A stretch of 64,000 nt of DNA from an uncultured Verrucomicrobiae bacterium (lineage in GTDB: Bacteria > Verrucomicrobiota > Verrucomicrobiia > Chthoniobacterales > JAFAMB01). Below the pieces are notes generated by a model that made no database searches, had not been told where the DNA came from, and saw only the letters and a list, made by a program, of their open reading frames with translations. Below, one piece after another: positions 1 to 8,155 of the stretch. The DNA is taken from positions 106,498 to 170,497 of the forward strand of contig CAVXLD010000001.1 of the NCBI GenBank assembly GCA_963762565.1, given 5' to 3'. The stretch's first letter is position 1; every line of letters begins with the position of its first letter. The translations under genes and the position numbers were made by a program.

Positions 1-54
1 AGCAAGAGCCGAACGGTGAGGCGGAGATGGGAAATTAGGCTGCGCATGACAAGC

Positions 55-250
55 AGGAGCTAGGAGCTAGAATCTAGGAGCTAGAAGTTCGCTTCGGGGT
101 TTTTGGATAGTGCAATCGAGGGACAGATTTCGTGCCGTCATTTAACATTCGTTGTGTAAGATTCGCGCTCATTTTGATGTCTCCTAGATCCTAGATTCTA
201 GCTTCTAGCTTCTAGCTCTCTAGCTCCTAGCTCCTAGCTTCTAGCTCCTA
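55..250. repeat. Inverted-word cassette, P arms (GGAGCTAG / CTAGCTCC heptamer arrays)
   Basis: Left arm 55-87 is aggagctaggagctagaatctaggagctagaag. Right arm 181-250 is the longer CTAG-rich reverse-complement array. Unique 93-nt core at 88-180. Confidence 0.85.
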
Positions 251-448
251 CAGCGACCAACAGCCGATAGCCAACGGGTAGGAGCCAGGTCTGCGCGCAC
301 GAGTGGAACTTCGATTGGCTGGGATGAACGACGTTCCCGCTCCATACGCTTTCCGGTTAAGGTTCATGCTGGATCTCCTATGCCTTTTTCCCTTGGCTAC
401 CGGCTGTTAGTCACTGGGAGTTGCCACAGCAAGGTAACGGGGATTCTT

Positions 449-563
449 TCACAACAAGGCCACAAAGGCGCCAAGACTGAACAGGTTCAAAAAAAGGCTT
501 TTTTCGAAATCCACTATCTGTCTCAGTCGTTTTGTCTCTGCGGCCTTTGCGACCTTGCTGTGA
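449..563. repeat. Inverted-word cassette, Z arms (CACAAAGG-type)
   Basis: tcacaacaaggccacaaaggc (449-469) pairs with gcctttgcgaccttgctgtga (543-563), 18/21 complementary. The core contains an A-run/T-run hairpin. Confidence 0.7.
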
Positions 564-766
564 ACTATTCTGTCTCCTTGTTGCGTTCTAAAAATTCACT
601 GATCATGATCAGCACACAAAGTTCGCGAAGCTGGGTCCGCTCTTCCGAACTGAGGCCGTCATCGTTTCCCGCCGATTCTTCCTGCCCCATGACCAATGGG
701 TTTATTTCATGTAATGGCTTCATTATTTTATTCGGTCCTTGAGACACCCATCTTCGTGGCTGAAAT

Positions 767-1516
767 TCATCCACCCACAACCCGAGGGGTAGGTTCTCCT
801 TCGTTTTCGTTGTTCTCGGCCACGATCTGACCGTCGAAGAGATGCACGGTTCGGTCCGCATAACCGGCAAATCGTGGATCATGGGTTACCATACAAATGG
901 TAGCGCCGCCCTGATGCAATTCGGATAGCAAATCCATTACGGCGTCACCGTTTTTGCTATCCAAGTTACCCGTTGGCTCGTCGGCCAGCAGGATCGATGG
1001 TGAACCAACCAACGCTCGGGCTACCGCCACGCGCTGTTGTTGTCCACCACTCAGCTGATTCGGATAGTGCCGTTGCCGATGGCTCATCCCGACTCGATCC
1101 AAGGATTGCAGAACCCGCTGTTTACGTTCGCTCCTGGGCATCTCGCCGCGATAGGTCAATGGTAGTTCGACGTTCTCGTATACCGTCAAGTCACCGATCA
1201 GGTTGAAACTCTGAAAAATGAATCCGATTTCCCGGTTACGGATCCTGGCTCTCTCGGACAGCTTCAGTTGTTCAACTTGCCGCCCATTCAGCCGGTAGGC
1301 CCCTTCCGAAGGCGAGTCTAGCAGACCTAGAATCGATAGGAGCGTCGATTTGCCGCAACCGCTCTGGCCGGCGATCGCCACATATTCGCCCTTCAAAATC
1401 TCGAGATAGATACCGGCTAACGCATGGGTTTCAATCTCGTCAGTAAGAAAGACTTTCTTTATCGCGTCTAGGTGGATGAGGGGTTCTGGGTTCACGTTTG
1501 GCAGTTCGCTGTTCAC
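767..1516 (-). CDS. ABC transporter ATP-binding protein (MacB/LolD-type)
   Basis: Walker A GQSGCGKST, ABC signature LSGGQQQRVAVARAL, Walker B ILLADEPTGNLD. GTG start. Same strand as the FtsX permease and HlyD adaptor. Confidence 0.9.
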   Translation of the reverse strand: MNSELPNVNPEPLIHLDAIKKVFLTDEIETHALAGIYLEILKGEYVAIAGQSGCGKSTLLSILGLLDSPSEGAYRLNGRQVEQLKLSERARIRNREIGFIFQSFNLIGDLTVYENVELPLTYRGEMPRSERKQRVLQSLDRVGMSHRQRHYPNQLSGGQQQRVAVARALVGSPSILLADEPTGNLDSKNGDAVMDLLSELHQGGATICMVTHDPRFAGYADRTVHLFDGQIVAENNENEGEPTPRVVGG

Positions 1517-1604
1517 GGTTGAGGTTGGCGGTTAGCGGTTTGCAGTTGTCGGTTAGCGGTTTCAATCGTTCTCGTCCTCGCTCTCGTAATCGTCCTCGTC
1601 CTCG
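1517..1604. repeat. Unpaired word arrays X' (CGGTTAG/CGGTTTG heptamers, 1517-1563) and Q (CGTCCT hexamers, 1567-1604)
   Basis: Tandem units are readable directly. The same words occur in inverted pairs at 9554-9860, 16685-16770, 29424-29587 and 50329-50457. Confidence 0.8.
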
Positions 1605-1783
1605 ATTCGCTTTGGTTTCTGTTCACGGTGGGCGTTTTAGCGTGGTAGGCACGAAATAGTAATCGGTGCTCGTGTTTCGCGCTGGGTAGCCGGTTAGCGA
1701 CCGTTGAACCACTTTCACTACACATGCGTGGTAACCAAAGTTTCGGATTCATTTGAAATTTTTTCGGAGTTTTATTTTTCCGT

Positions 1784-1814
1784 ACCAATCACCAATCACT
1801 TCTCACCTCTCACG
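1784..1814. repeat. H-type word array (CACCAAT / CACTTCT heptamers), unpaired
   Basis: accaatcaccaatcacttctcacctctcacg lies immediately downstream of the permease stop (1820). It is related to the arrays at 4465-4545 and 8107-8155. Confidence 0.7.
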
Positions 1815-1819
1815 TTCCC

Positions 1820-4246
1820 TCACTCCTGCCGCAATGCGGTCACGGGATCTATATTCATCGCTCGTCGTGCAGGTAAATAATTCGCGAGTAGACCAACCGC
1901 GATTAAAAGGAAAATCACTCCCAGGAAAGTCTCTGGATCGGTTGCTCTAACACCGTAAAGCAGGCCTTGGATCAGTTGGGTCAGGCAGACAGCCGCGAAC
2001 AAACCGATGGCAATCCCGAGCCCGATCAGCTTTCCTGCTTGAACCAAAAGCAGGAAGAACAGATCTCGCCGTTGGGCGCCGATAGCGGCGCGCACCGCGA
2101 TTTCCCGGGTTCGCTGCGCGACTCCGTATGATATAACGCTGTAGATTCCCATCGCGGCCAGGATCAGCGCTACTACTGCAAAACTACCAACAAAGCAGAG
2201 GTTTAGGCTCCGATCACCTATGGATTCCGCAATCAATTGGGACCACGGTTTAACCCTGTCCAGCGGCACCATAGGATCGATCTCGGCGATCTTCTGCCGT
2301 ATAGGATTAACGAGAGTTTGAGGATCGATTGAATCTGCCGCCCGAACAACCAAGACCATACCCAGTGCCAGATTTGATCCTCCAAGCCCGTAATGCGGCG
2401 CCTGGCTTACCGGATAATAGAATTCATCGCGAACCGGGGCCGTTAATCCAAAGTGATGGACGTCGCCGACAACGCCAACAATGGTCCCGGTCCAACCGCT
2501 TTCGTTATCGATCTTATTTCCAATCGCGTCTTGAGGGCTCTTCCAGAACCGAAGCGCCATCGAACGGTTGATAAGAATTCTTGGAGGAACATCCGGCCCG
2601 TCTTCTGGGCTAAAAAGGCGTCCAGCAATTAGCGGAATGCCGGCGGATCGAAAATAGTCACCATTGATCACGCGGAATTGGGCAACCGGTTCATGGCCTG
2701 GAGCAAACGCAGGTCTGCCCACAATCTGGAATCCAGTATCGGTATCTCCCCCAGTTAATGGTAACAAAGTAATTGCTCCAGCTGCGGTTACTCCGGGGAT
2801 CCCAGCCATCTTTTGTTGGATCGATTGATAAAAGGACCGAACGGATTCATCCGTGGGATAGCGGGCAGGCGGCAACGAAAGCGAAGCGGTTAAGATTTTC
2901 TCAGGGTGTTGTATACCGGAATCGGTTTCCTCTACCTTAAGAAAAGAACGGAGTAGCAGGCCGGCGCAACTGAGCACAACCAGCGCGCAGCTAATCTCGG
3001 CGATGACCAGCCCATTTCTTATCAGGGCTTGACGGATCCCACCCGCTGAGCCGCGCGAGGTCTCTCGGAGCACATGCTGCGGTCCTACTCGGTCGGCCAC
3101 CGCGAGCGCCGGCACTAGTCCACAAACGGTTCCAATCAGAAGGGTAAGCACCAATGAAAACAGAAGACCAAGCGCATTCATGTGGATTTCGGATGCGCGA
3201 GCCAAATGGTCTTGGGCTAGAAATGTGAATACTCTTGTCCCCCAACCAGCTAAAATGATTCCCAGGAGCCCTCCGCTAATGCCCAGCAAGAGACTCTCCG
3301 CCAGCGACTGTCGGGCTAACCGCCAACGGCTTGCACCAAGCGAAGCTCGAATGGCGAACTCTCGCCTTCGGTTCAACGCCCGCGACAACAACAGATTCGC
3401 CAAATTGAACGACGCGATCAGCAGCATGCAGGCAACCGCCCCTTGCAGCATCAAGAGCCCGGCACGCTGGCTGCCAACCATGTCCTCCTGCAGCGGAACC
3501 AGTCGCACGCCAAAGCCGGTATTATTCTTCTGGTCTTCGCGCGCAAGATCAGCAGCGATTTCCGACATCTGGTTCCTGGCTTGGGTGATATTCACACCCG
3601 GTTTCAGTCTTCCGTAAATCTGAAGCCAACGATTTCCCCGATCCGCGCTTTGCCCCGGATTGAATACTAGCGGTATCCAGAGTTGAACCGTTTCATCTGG
3701 AAAATGAAACCAGCCCGGCGCAATCCCAACGACCGAATAAGTCTCCGCATTTAATTGAATGCGCTTCCCAAGAGCTGCTTCGGCAGATCCAAATAACTCC
3801 CGGCCCAGACCTTCGCCCAGAACGACAACATGCCCTTGTCCGGGGTTATCTTCATTCGGCAAAAAGCTCCGACCTAGGTGTGGGCTAACGCCCATCAAGT
3901 TAAAATAATTTGGCGAGACAGCTGCGATCGAAATTTCTTGGGCGCCTTGATTACTCTCCAGAGCAATTTTTCGCGTTCGGCAGGCCGCCATCTCATCGAA
4001 GACAGTGTTTCGGTCCCTCCAATCCTGGAAGTCTAAAACTGAAACCTCGCTGTACGGCCAAGCCGGTTCCCAGTCAGAGTAAATGTGCACCAGTTGTTTA
4101 GGCTGAGAGACTGGAAGTGACCTGAGTAATACCGCGTCGACTATACTGAACACGGTGACATTCGCCCCAATGCCAATCCCCAGCGTCAACACCGCCATGG
4201 CTGTAAAGCCGGGGGATTTCGCTAAGAGGCGTAGGGCATGGCGCAT
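1820..4246 (-). CDS. Duplicated FtsX/MacB-type ABC permease (ADOP-family-like)
   Basis: 808 aa. The N-terminus MRHALRLLAKSPGFTAMAVLTLGIGIGANVTVFSIVDAVLLRSLP is typical of the duplicated orphan permease family. There are two TM-bundle/periplasmic-domain halves. Confidence 0.85.
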   Translation of the reverse strand: MRHALRLLAKSPGFTAMAVLTLGIGIGANVTVFSIVDAVLLRSLPVSQPKQLVHIYSDWEPAWPYSEVSVLDFQDWRDRNTVFDEMAACRTRKIALESNQGAQEISIAAVSPNYFNLMGVSPHLGRSFLPNEDNPGQGHVVVLGEGLGRELFGSAEAALGKRIQLNAETYSVVGIAPGWFHFPDETVQLWIPLVFNPGQSADRGNRWLQIYGRLKPGVNITQARNQMSEIAADLAREDQKNNTGFGVRLVPLQEDMVGSQRAGLLMLQGAVACMLLIASFNLANLLLSRALNRRREFAIRASLGASRWRLARQSLAESLLLGISGGLLGIILAGWGTRVFTFLAQDHLARASEIHMNALGLLFSLVLTLLIGTVCGLVPALAVADRVGPQHVLRETSRGSAGGIRQALIRNGLVIAEISCALVVLSCAGLLLRSFLKVEETDSGIQHPEKILTASLSLPPARYPTDESVRSFYQSIQQKMAGIPGVTAAGAITLLPLTGGDTDTGFQIVGRPAFAPGHEPVAQFRVINGDYFRSAGIPLIAGRLFSPEDGPDVPPRILINRSMALRFWKSPQDAIGNKIDNESGWTGTIVGVVGDVHHFGLTAPVRDEFYYPVSQAPHYGLGGSNLALGMVLVVRAADSIDPQTLVNPIRQKIAEIDPMVPLDRVKPWSQLIAESIGDRSLNLCFVGSFAVVALILAAMGIYSVISYGVAQRTREIAVRAAIGAQRRDLFFLLLVQAGKLIGLGIAIGLFAAVCLTQLIQGLLYGVRATDPETFLGVIFLLIAVGLLANYLPARRAMNIDPVTALRQE

Positions 4247-4256
4247 GGCGGGGGAA

Positions 4257-4545
4257 GTGATTAGTGATTAGTGATTGGTGGTGCTGCGCTCACGCCGATC
4301 GGCCGTTTTTTGCGTTCTCACGAAAAAAGCAACCTCACAGACCGGCAGCGAATACACTGGAAAGGGCGAATCGATTAGTCCTCTGGAGTCGTGGCGTTTC
4401 CAAAAGCTCTCACGATGCGCGATTTGTTTATTGAAAATTTTCATTTTGTTAGCTCCATCACGCTCACCAATCACCAATCACCAATCACCAATCACCAATC
4501 ACCAATCACCAATCACCAATCACCAATCACCAATCACCAATCACC
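4257..4545. repeat. Inverted-word cassette, H'/H arms (GTGATTA... vs CACCAAT x about 11.5)
   Basis: Left arm 4257-4283 is gtgattagtgattagtgattggtggtg. Right arm 4465-4545 is an 81-nt CACCAAT array. Unique core is about 180 nt. The cassette fills the permease/adaptor intercistronic gap. Confidence 0.9.
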
Positions 4546-5869
4546 TCAGTTGTATGCGTTCATGACTATCAAAGGCGCTGGTATCGGACAGAATCACGTG
4601 GTCACCCGGCGTTAGGCCATTTAGGATTACAACTTTGGTGGCGGAACCACGACCCAACTGGACCTTAGTTCTGGTGGCGGTGACACCATCTGCACTCAAC
4701 CGGAACAAACCGATAGTAGAATCATCCTGGCCGAAAGCGGGTCGACCGACGTAGATGGCATCAGCTAAACGTTCGAGTTCGATGGTTCCTTCCACACTCA
4801 GGTCGGGTCTAGCTCCTTTAGGTAGTTCGATCCCGTGAAAGGTAACATCGACGAGCACGGTCCCTTCGCTCACCGCCGGATCGATTCGAGCCACCGTACC
4901 GCTGACGATACTGCCGTTGCGCATATCAACTTGCGCGGTCTGCCCGATGGCAATGTCCCGGGCTTGAGTTTCCGGGATTTTGATTTGTGCTTTCAGCTTG
5001 GTGTTGTCCGCCACTCGGGCAAGGTTGGTGCCGGCAGAAACCCGCTGCCCGACCTCGACAGCGATTTGCTGGAGGACACCGTTCATTCCGGCTCGCACCT
5101 GTAGGGCATCGACCTGTCCATGGCGTAATTCGGCTTGGGCTTCGGCCTGTTCGAGATCCGTTTGGGCAACTGCCATTCGCGGCGCCATGGATCTCTTCGC
5201 GAATTCGTAACGCTGTTTCTGTACCTCAAAATTCGCGGATAATTCCGTGGCTGCGATCTTCGCCTTCTGAAAGTCGAGAGTCGAAATCAGGCCGCCTTTC
5301 GACAACCGTTCATCTGCCTCAAACTCGGCCTGAGCGGTGTCGCGATCGGCCTGAGCTTTGGTCAAGTTGGCCTGTTGCTCCAGCATTTCTCCTTCTAGCT
5401 CCGCTTGTAGCTGGGTCAGTTTCGCTTGAGCGCTCTTGGCTGCGGCATCCGCGTCCCTCGCTTCTTGCTCTAACTCGGCGCTGCTCAACTTCAATATCAC
5501 GGAATCCGCGGTTACTTCTGTTCCCGGCCAGATCACGATTTGCTCGACTCGGGCGTCGGTTCGGGCAGGGATCCAACGGACGTCTTCGGGAACTAGCGTT
5601 CCGATTCCACGCACGTCGCGAATCAGCGGTCCGCGCGACACGGTATCAATCCAGACCGAGCTTCGGTCTACCGAGGGCAGAGCCGGTTCAAGCCGGGCAA
5701 CAAAAATACTAACTCCGGTCACCACCGCTGCCGCCAGCAAAAGCAGCAACACATTTCTGCGCCATTTCTTTTGGCGGTAACCGATTCGCGGAATGTCCAT
5801 CCGAGAACCGTCCGCCGGGACAGAGAAAACTGGTTCTACTTTCTTTTTTGGCAGCACGCTGAGCGTCAC
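4541..5869 (-). CDS. HlyD/MacA-family periplasmic adaptor (membrane fusion protein)
   Basis: 442 aa with an N-terminal TM segment, a long coiled-coil (AELEQEARDADAAAKSAQAKLTQLQAELE...) and beta-barrel C-terminal domains. The stop TGA lies inside the last CACCAAT unit. Confidence 0.85.
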   Translation of the reverse strand: MTLSVLPKKKVEPVFSVPADGSRMDIPRIGYRQKKWRRNVLLLLLAAAVVTGVSIFVARLEPALPSVDRSSVWIDTVSRGPLIRDVRGIGTLVPEDVRWIPARTDARVEQIVIWPGTEVTADSVILKLSSAELEQEARDADAAAKSAQAKLTQLQAELEGEMLEQQANLTKAQADRDTAQAEFEADERLSKGGLISTLDFQKAKIAATELSANFEVQKQRYEFAKRSMAPRMAVAQTDLEQAEAQAELRHGQVDALQVRAGMNGVLQQIAVEVGQRVSAGTNLARVADNTKLKAQIKIPETQARDIAIGQTAQVDMRNGSIVSGTVARIDPAVSEGTVLVDVTFHGIELPKGARPDLSVEGTIELERLADAIYVGRPAFGQDDSTIGLFRLSADGVTATRTKVQLGRGSATKVVILNGLTPGDHVILSDTSAFDSHERIQLR

Positions 5870-5871
5870 GG

Positions 5872-6114
5872 TTAAGTATTTTGGACAAAGCAGACCGGTT
5901 GGATATTCTGTTGATCAGCGACGACTGCAGAAGCTCTCGGAGAGTAGGATTGCGCAGAAGCCGGTGTGATCTGAGACAGACTGAAGAGAATGCTGATCGC
6001 GGTGCTTGCGGCAAAGACCGCCCACACGGCGGACTCTACGAAACCAGTACTACGAACCGCTTTTTGGGATTCTCGTTGAAATTCCATGATCGAAGAGAAT
6101 GGGATGATTTTCAT
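5872..6114 (-). CDS. Small hypothetical exported/membrane protein (leader ORF of the pump operon)
   Basis: ATG at 6114 is preceded by GAAGG 8 nt upstream. A hydrophobic stretch AVWAVFAASTAISILFSLSQITPASA resembles a signal peptide. The stop is 2 nt from the adaptor start. No family recognised. Confidence 0.35.
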   Translation of the reverse strand: MKIIPFSSIMEFQRESQKAVRSTGFVESAVWAVFAASTAISILFSLSQITPASAQSYSPRASAVVADQQNIQPVCFVQNT

Positions 6115-6140
6115 AATAACAGCCTTCGTCCATCCCATAG

Positions 6141-6156
6141 GCATTTGCCGTGCCAA
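6141..6156 (-). promoter_or_regulatory. Candidate sigma-54 (-24/-12) promoter
   Basis: The minus strand reads cTTGGCACGgcaaATGCc. That is TGGCACG 7/7, with GG-to-GC spacing identical to the consensus TGGCACG-N4-TTGCW. It lies upstream of the leader ORF and pump operon, and an NtrC-type activator is encoded nearby. Confidence 0.5.
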
Positions 6157-6189
6157 GCCAGAAAGTCGCTATCTAAGCGGCTTTCTATG

Positions 6190-6267
6190 AACGACTTATA
6201 AAAAGTCGTTATTTTAGAACCCTATGGAAAACGATCTCAAAATAGGATTGCGATTCTCAATTTGAGA
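6190..6267. promoter_or_regulatory. Possible upstream activator/bending sites for the sigma-54 promoter
   Basis: Perfect 8-bp-stem AT-rich hairpin aacgactt-ataaa-aagtcgtt (6190-6210) and imperfect palindrome tctcaaaat...aatttgaga (6235-6267), 35-110 bp upstream of the -24 element. Confidence 0.3.
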
Positions 6268-6268
6268 C

Positions 6269-6439
6269 GGAAGGGTGAGGGCAAAAGGGCGAAGGGGCGA
6301 GGTTTAAGTGGACTCAGTGGACGGAGTGCACGAAGTGTGCCGCGCCAAACGCCAAACGCCAAACGCCAAACGCCAAACGCCAAACGCCAAACGCCAAACG
6401 CCAAACGCCTTTCACCTTTCACTCTTCACCTTGCCTTCC
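6269..6439. repeat. Composite cassette: purine-rich G arms enclosing an R word (AGTGGACNN) and a K array (GCCAAAC x about 9)
   Basis: ggaagggtgagggcaaaagggcgaagg (6269-) pairs with cctttcacctttcactcttcacc (6408-6439). Inside are taagtggactcagtggacggagtg and a GCCAAAC array at 6344-6409. Confidence 0.8.
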
Positions 6440-7803
6440 GCGGCGAGCAGAGGTAGACGCAGTTCGGCAATGCAGCCGATGATTCCGTCGATGCGATTCT
6501 CGAGTGTCAGGCTGCCGCCATGGGCTTCTGCGATTTGGCGGCAGAGGACCAGGCCGATTCCGGAACCACCGGACTTGGTCGTGAAGAATGGGACGAACAA
6601 GTTTGTGGGATTAGCGATTCCGCTGCCTTCGTCGATGACCTGGACTAGCCAATCGTTTTGTGACCTGTTCCAGGCGATTTCCACGTCTCGACCTTTCTCT
6701 AAACTGGCATCAACGGCGTTCTTCACCAGATTGATCAAGAGTTGCTCTATTTGATCGCGATCAATATTGACCACGGCTTTCTCCGTCGACGCCATTTTCA
6801 CCGTGAGACGCGTCTCCAAGGCGACTACCTGGCGGACGATTGGGCCAAGCTCGACCGGACGTAAGGTCGGGGGAGGCAACCGGGCCAGCCGGGCATAGGC
6901 GGTCATAAAGCGACCTAACGCTGAGGCCCGATCCCTAATGATCCCCATCCCACCCCGTAGGTCACTTTCCCAAGAGCTTGGCCGGGCGGCCGGGGTGAGG
7001 GTGAGCAGATCGCTTAAACTCTCGGCAATCGACTGGATCGGAGCTAAAGAATTGTTAATTTCATGGCCAAGGACTCGGATCAATCTTTGCCAGGCAATCC
7101 GTTCCTCTTCGCGCAAGGCGCGGCCGAGATCGGTTAGCACTAATAGTTGATGAGGGCGACCGCCTTCGCGGAAAGTGCTACGGCGCAGACCTAAGCGAGT
7201 TCCGGATCGACCAGGAAAATCTCGATCTATGAGACGAACCGGATCTCCAACCAGACAATCATCGAGACCTAACTCAATTGCATCATGTCCGAGAGCATGT
7301 TCCTCACGGCGCATTAACAGATGGGCGCCGGCATGGTTCATCAGTCGTAGCTTTCCGTCTTCGTCGAAGGTAAAAACCGCGATTTCGACAGCGTCGATTA
7401 CCGCTTTTAACAATGCGCTCGCTTCGGTGGCTTGTCGTCTTTCGACTAACAATTGGTCGCCCAACGCGTTGACTTCCCGCATGACTTCACCCAAAGAATC
7501 GGCTTGGCGAGCTGCCCGGGCGCGCAACGAATAATCACCTTCGCGGAGTGCAGCGAGTAAATTTGTCAACGTGCGGATAGGAAAAAGCACCTGTTGCCGC
7601 ACAGCAGAAACGGCAGCGATCCAAATTCCGACCGCAACAACGCCGATAGTAACCCGGACTGACAAAGGCCAGGATGAATGCCAGAGCAAGAACAATGTTG
7701 CGGCCACTGCAGGCCCACCCGCAACGAAGGTAAGAACCTGGACGGAGCTTTCAAATGGTAGATTCCGCCAGCGGAGTAATGGACGTCGCGAGGAGTCGTG
7801 CAT
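6412..7803 (-). CDS. Sensor histidine kinase (2 TM with about 7-aa loop, HAMP, PAS, HisKA, HATPase)
   Basis: H-box VLGHEINNSLAPI, G-boxes DEGSGI and GGSGIGL. The two TM helices are separated only by HSSWPLS, which is the intramembrane-sensing type. The last residues GKVKSER and the stop are encoded by the repeat arm. Confidence 0.85.
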   Translation of the reverse strand: MHDSSRRPLLRWRNLPFESSVQVLTFVAGGPAVAATLFLLWHSSWPLSVRVTIGVVAVGIWIAAVSAVRQQVLFPIRTLTNLLAALREGDYSLRARAARQADSLGEVMREVNALGDQLLVERRQATEASALLKAVIDAVEIAVFTFDEDGKLRLMNHAGAHLLMRREEHALGHDAIELGLDDCLVGDPVRLIDRDFPGRSGTRLGLRRSTFREGGRPHQLLVLTDLGRALREEERIAWQRLIRVLGHEINNSLAPIQSIAESLSDLLTLTPAARPSSWESDLRGGMGIIRDRASALGRFMTAYARLARLPPPTLRPVELGPIVRQVVALETRLTVKMASTEKAVVNIDRDQIEQLLINLVKNAVDASLEKGRDVEIAWNRSQNDWLVQVIDEGSGIANPTNLFVPFFTTKSGGSGIGLVLCRQIAEAHGGSLTLENRIDGIIGCIAELRLPLLAAEGKVKSER

Positions 7804-7844
7804 TTAGAAGAGGTAATTTCACGCCAAGACGCAAAGACGCAAAG

Positions 7845-8155
7845 GTGATTCGTGATTCGTGATTAGTGATTAGTGATTGGTGATTGGTGGAGGCACTTGG
7901 TGGGGCGAGGCTCCCGAAAGAGTAAGAAGTTCTATCAGAGCTCCCGATGTTTCGCCGCTAAAGAGTTTGTTAGGCCTATTGACGCGCCGAGCCGGGGCCC
8001 AGCGATAGACCACGGCTCGGCGCCCTTAACGGCCTAGCATCGCGGGTCGGCGGGGTTAACCGCAAGGGCTTCGCTATCGCGATGGACCTTTCGGGAGCCT
8101 CGCCCCACCAATCACTTCTCACCAATCACCGATCACGTCTCGCCCTACCAATCAC
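7845..8155. repeat. Nested cassette: H' array / F1 element / H array
   Basis: gtgattcgtgattcgtgattagtgattagtgattggtgattggtgg (7845-7890) pairs with caccaatcacttctcaccaatcaccgatcac... (8107-8155), enclosing F1 copy 1. Confidence 0.85.
7899..8109. mobile_element. F1 palindromic element, copy 1 (MITE-like or structured RNA; 211 bp)
   Basis: Terminal inverted repeats ggtggggcgaggctcccgaaag / ctttcgggagcctcgccccacc. Conserved central hairpin gcgccgagccggggcccagcgatagaccacggctcggcgc (7984-8023). Confidence 0.75.

Noticed and set aside
380-882. ORFs 380-742 (+) and 565-882 (-) downstream of the ABC ATPase
   Set aside because: There is no family resemblance. The first spans the Z-arm cassette, and the second overlaps the ATPase 3' end. 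A short ORF (MKPLHEINPLV..., about 52 aa, minus strand) cannot be supported from sequence alone.
4275-4615. ORFs 4275-4565 and 4391-4615, encoding repeated HQSPITN peptides
   Set aside because: The periodic peptide is just the translation of the CACCAAT heptamer array. There is no start context or family resemblance, and the ORFs overlap the adaptor gene end.
4987-5712. Long antisense or alternative-frame ORFs inside well-supported genes (for example 4987-5712, 16913-17551, 20506-21051, 55114-55614)
   Set aside because: They lie entirely within genes that have clear family motifs on the other strand or frame. They have Arg/Ser/Pro-rich compositions typical of GC-rich off-frame translation.
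6237-6754. ORFs encoding QTPNAKR / WRLAFGV repeats (6237-6422, 6262-6456, 6308-6754), and the analogous set at 49986-50777
   Set aside because: These are translations of the GCCAAAC/GTTTGGC arrays in several frames and on both strands. They are mutually overlapping and run into real genes on the opposite strand.
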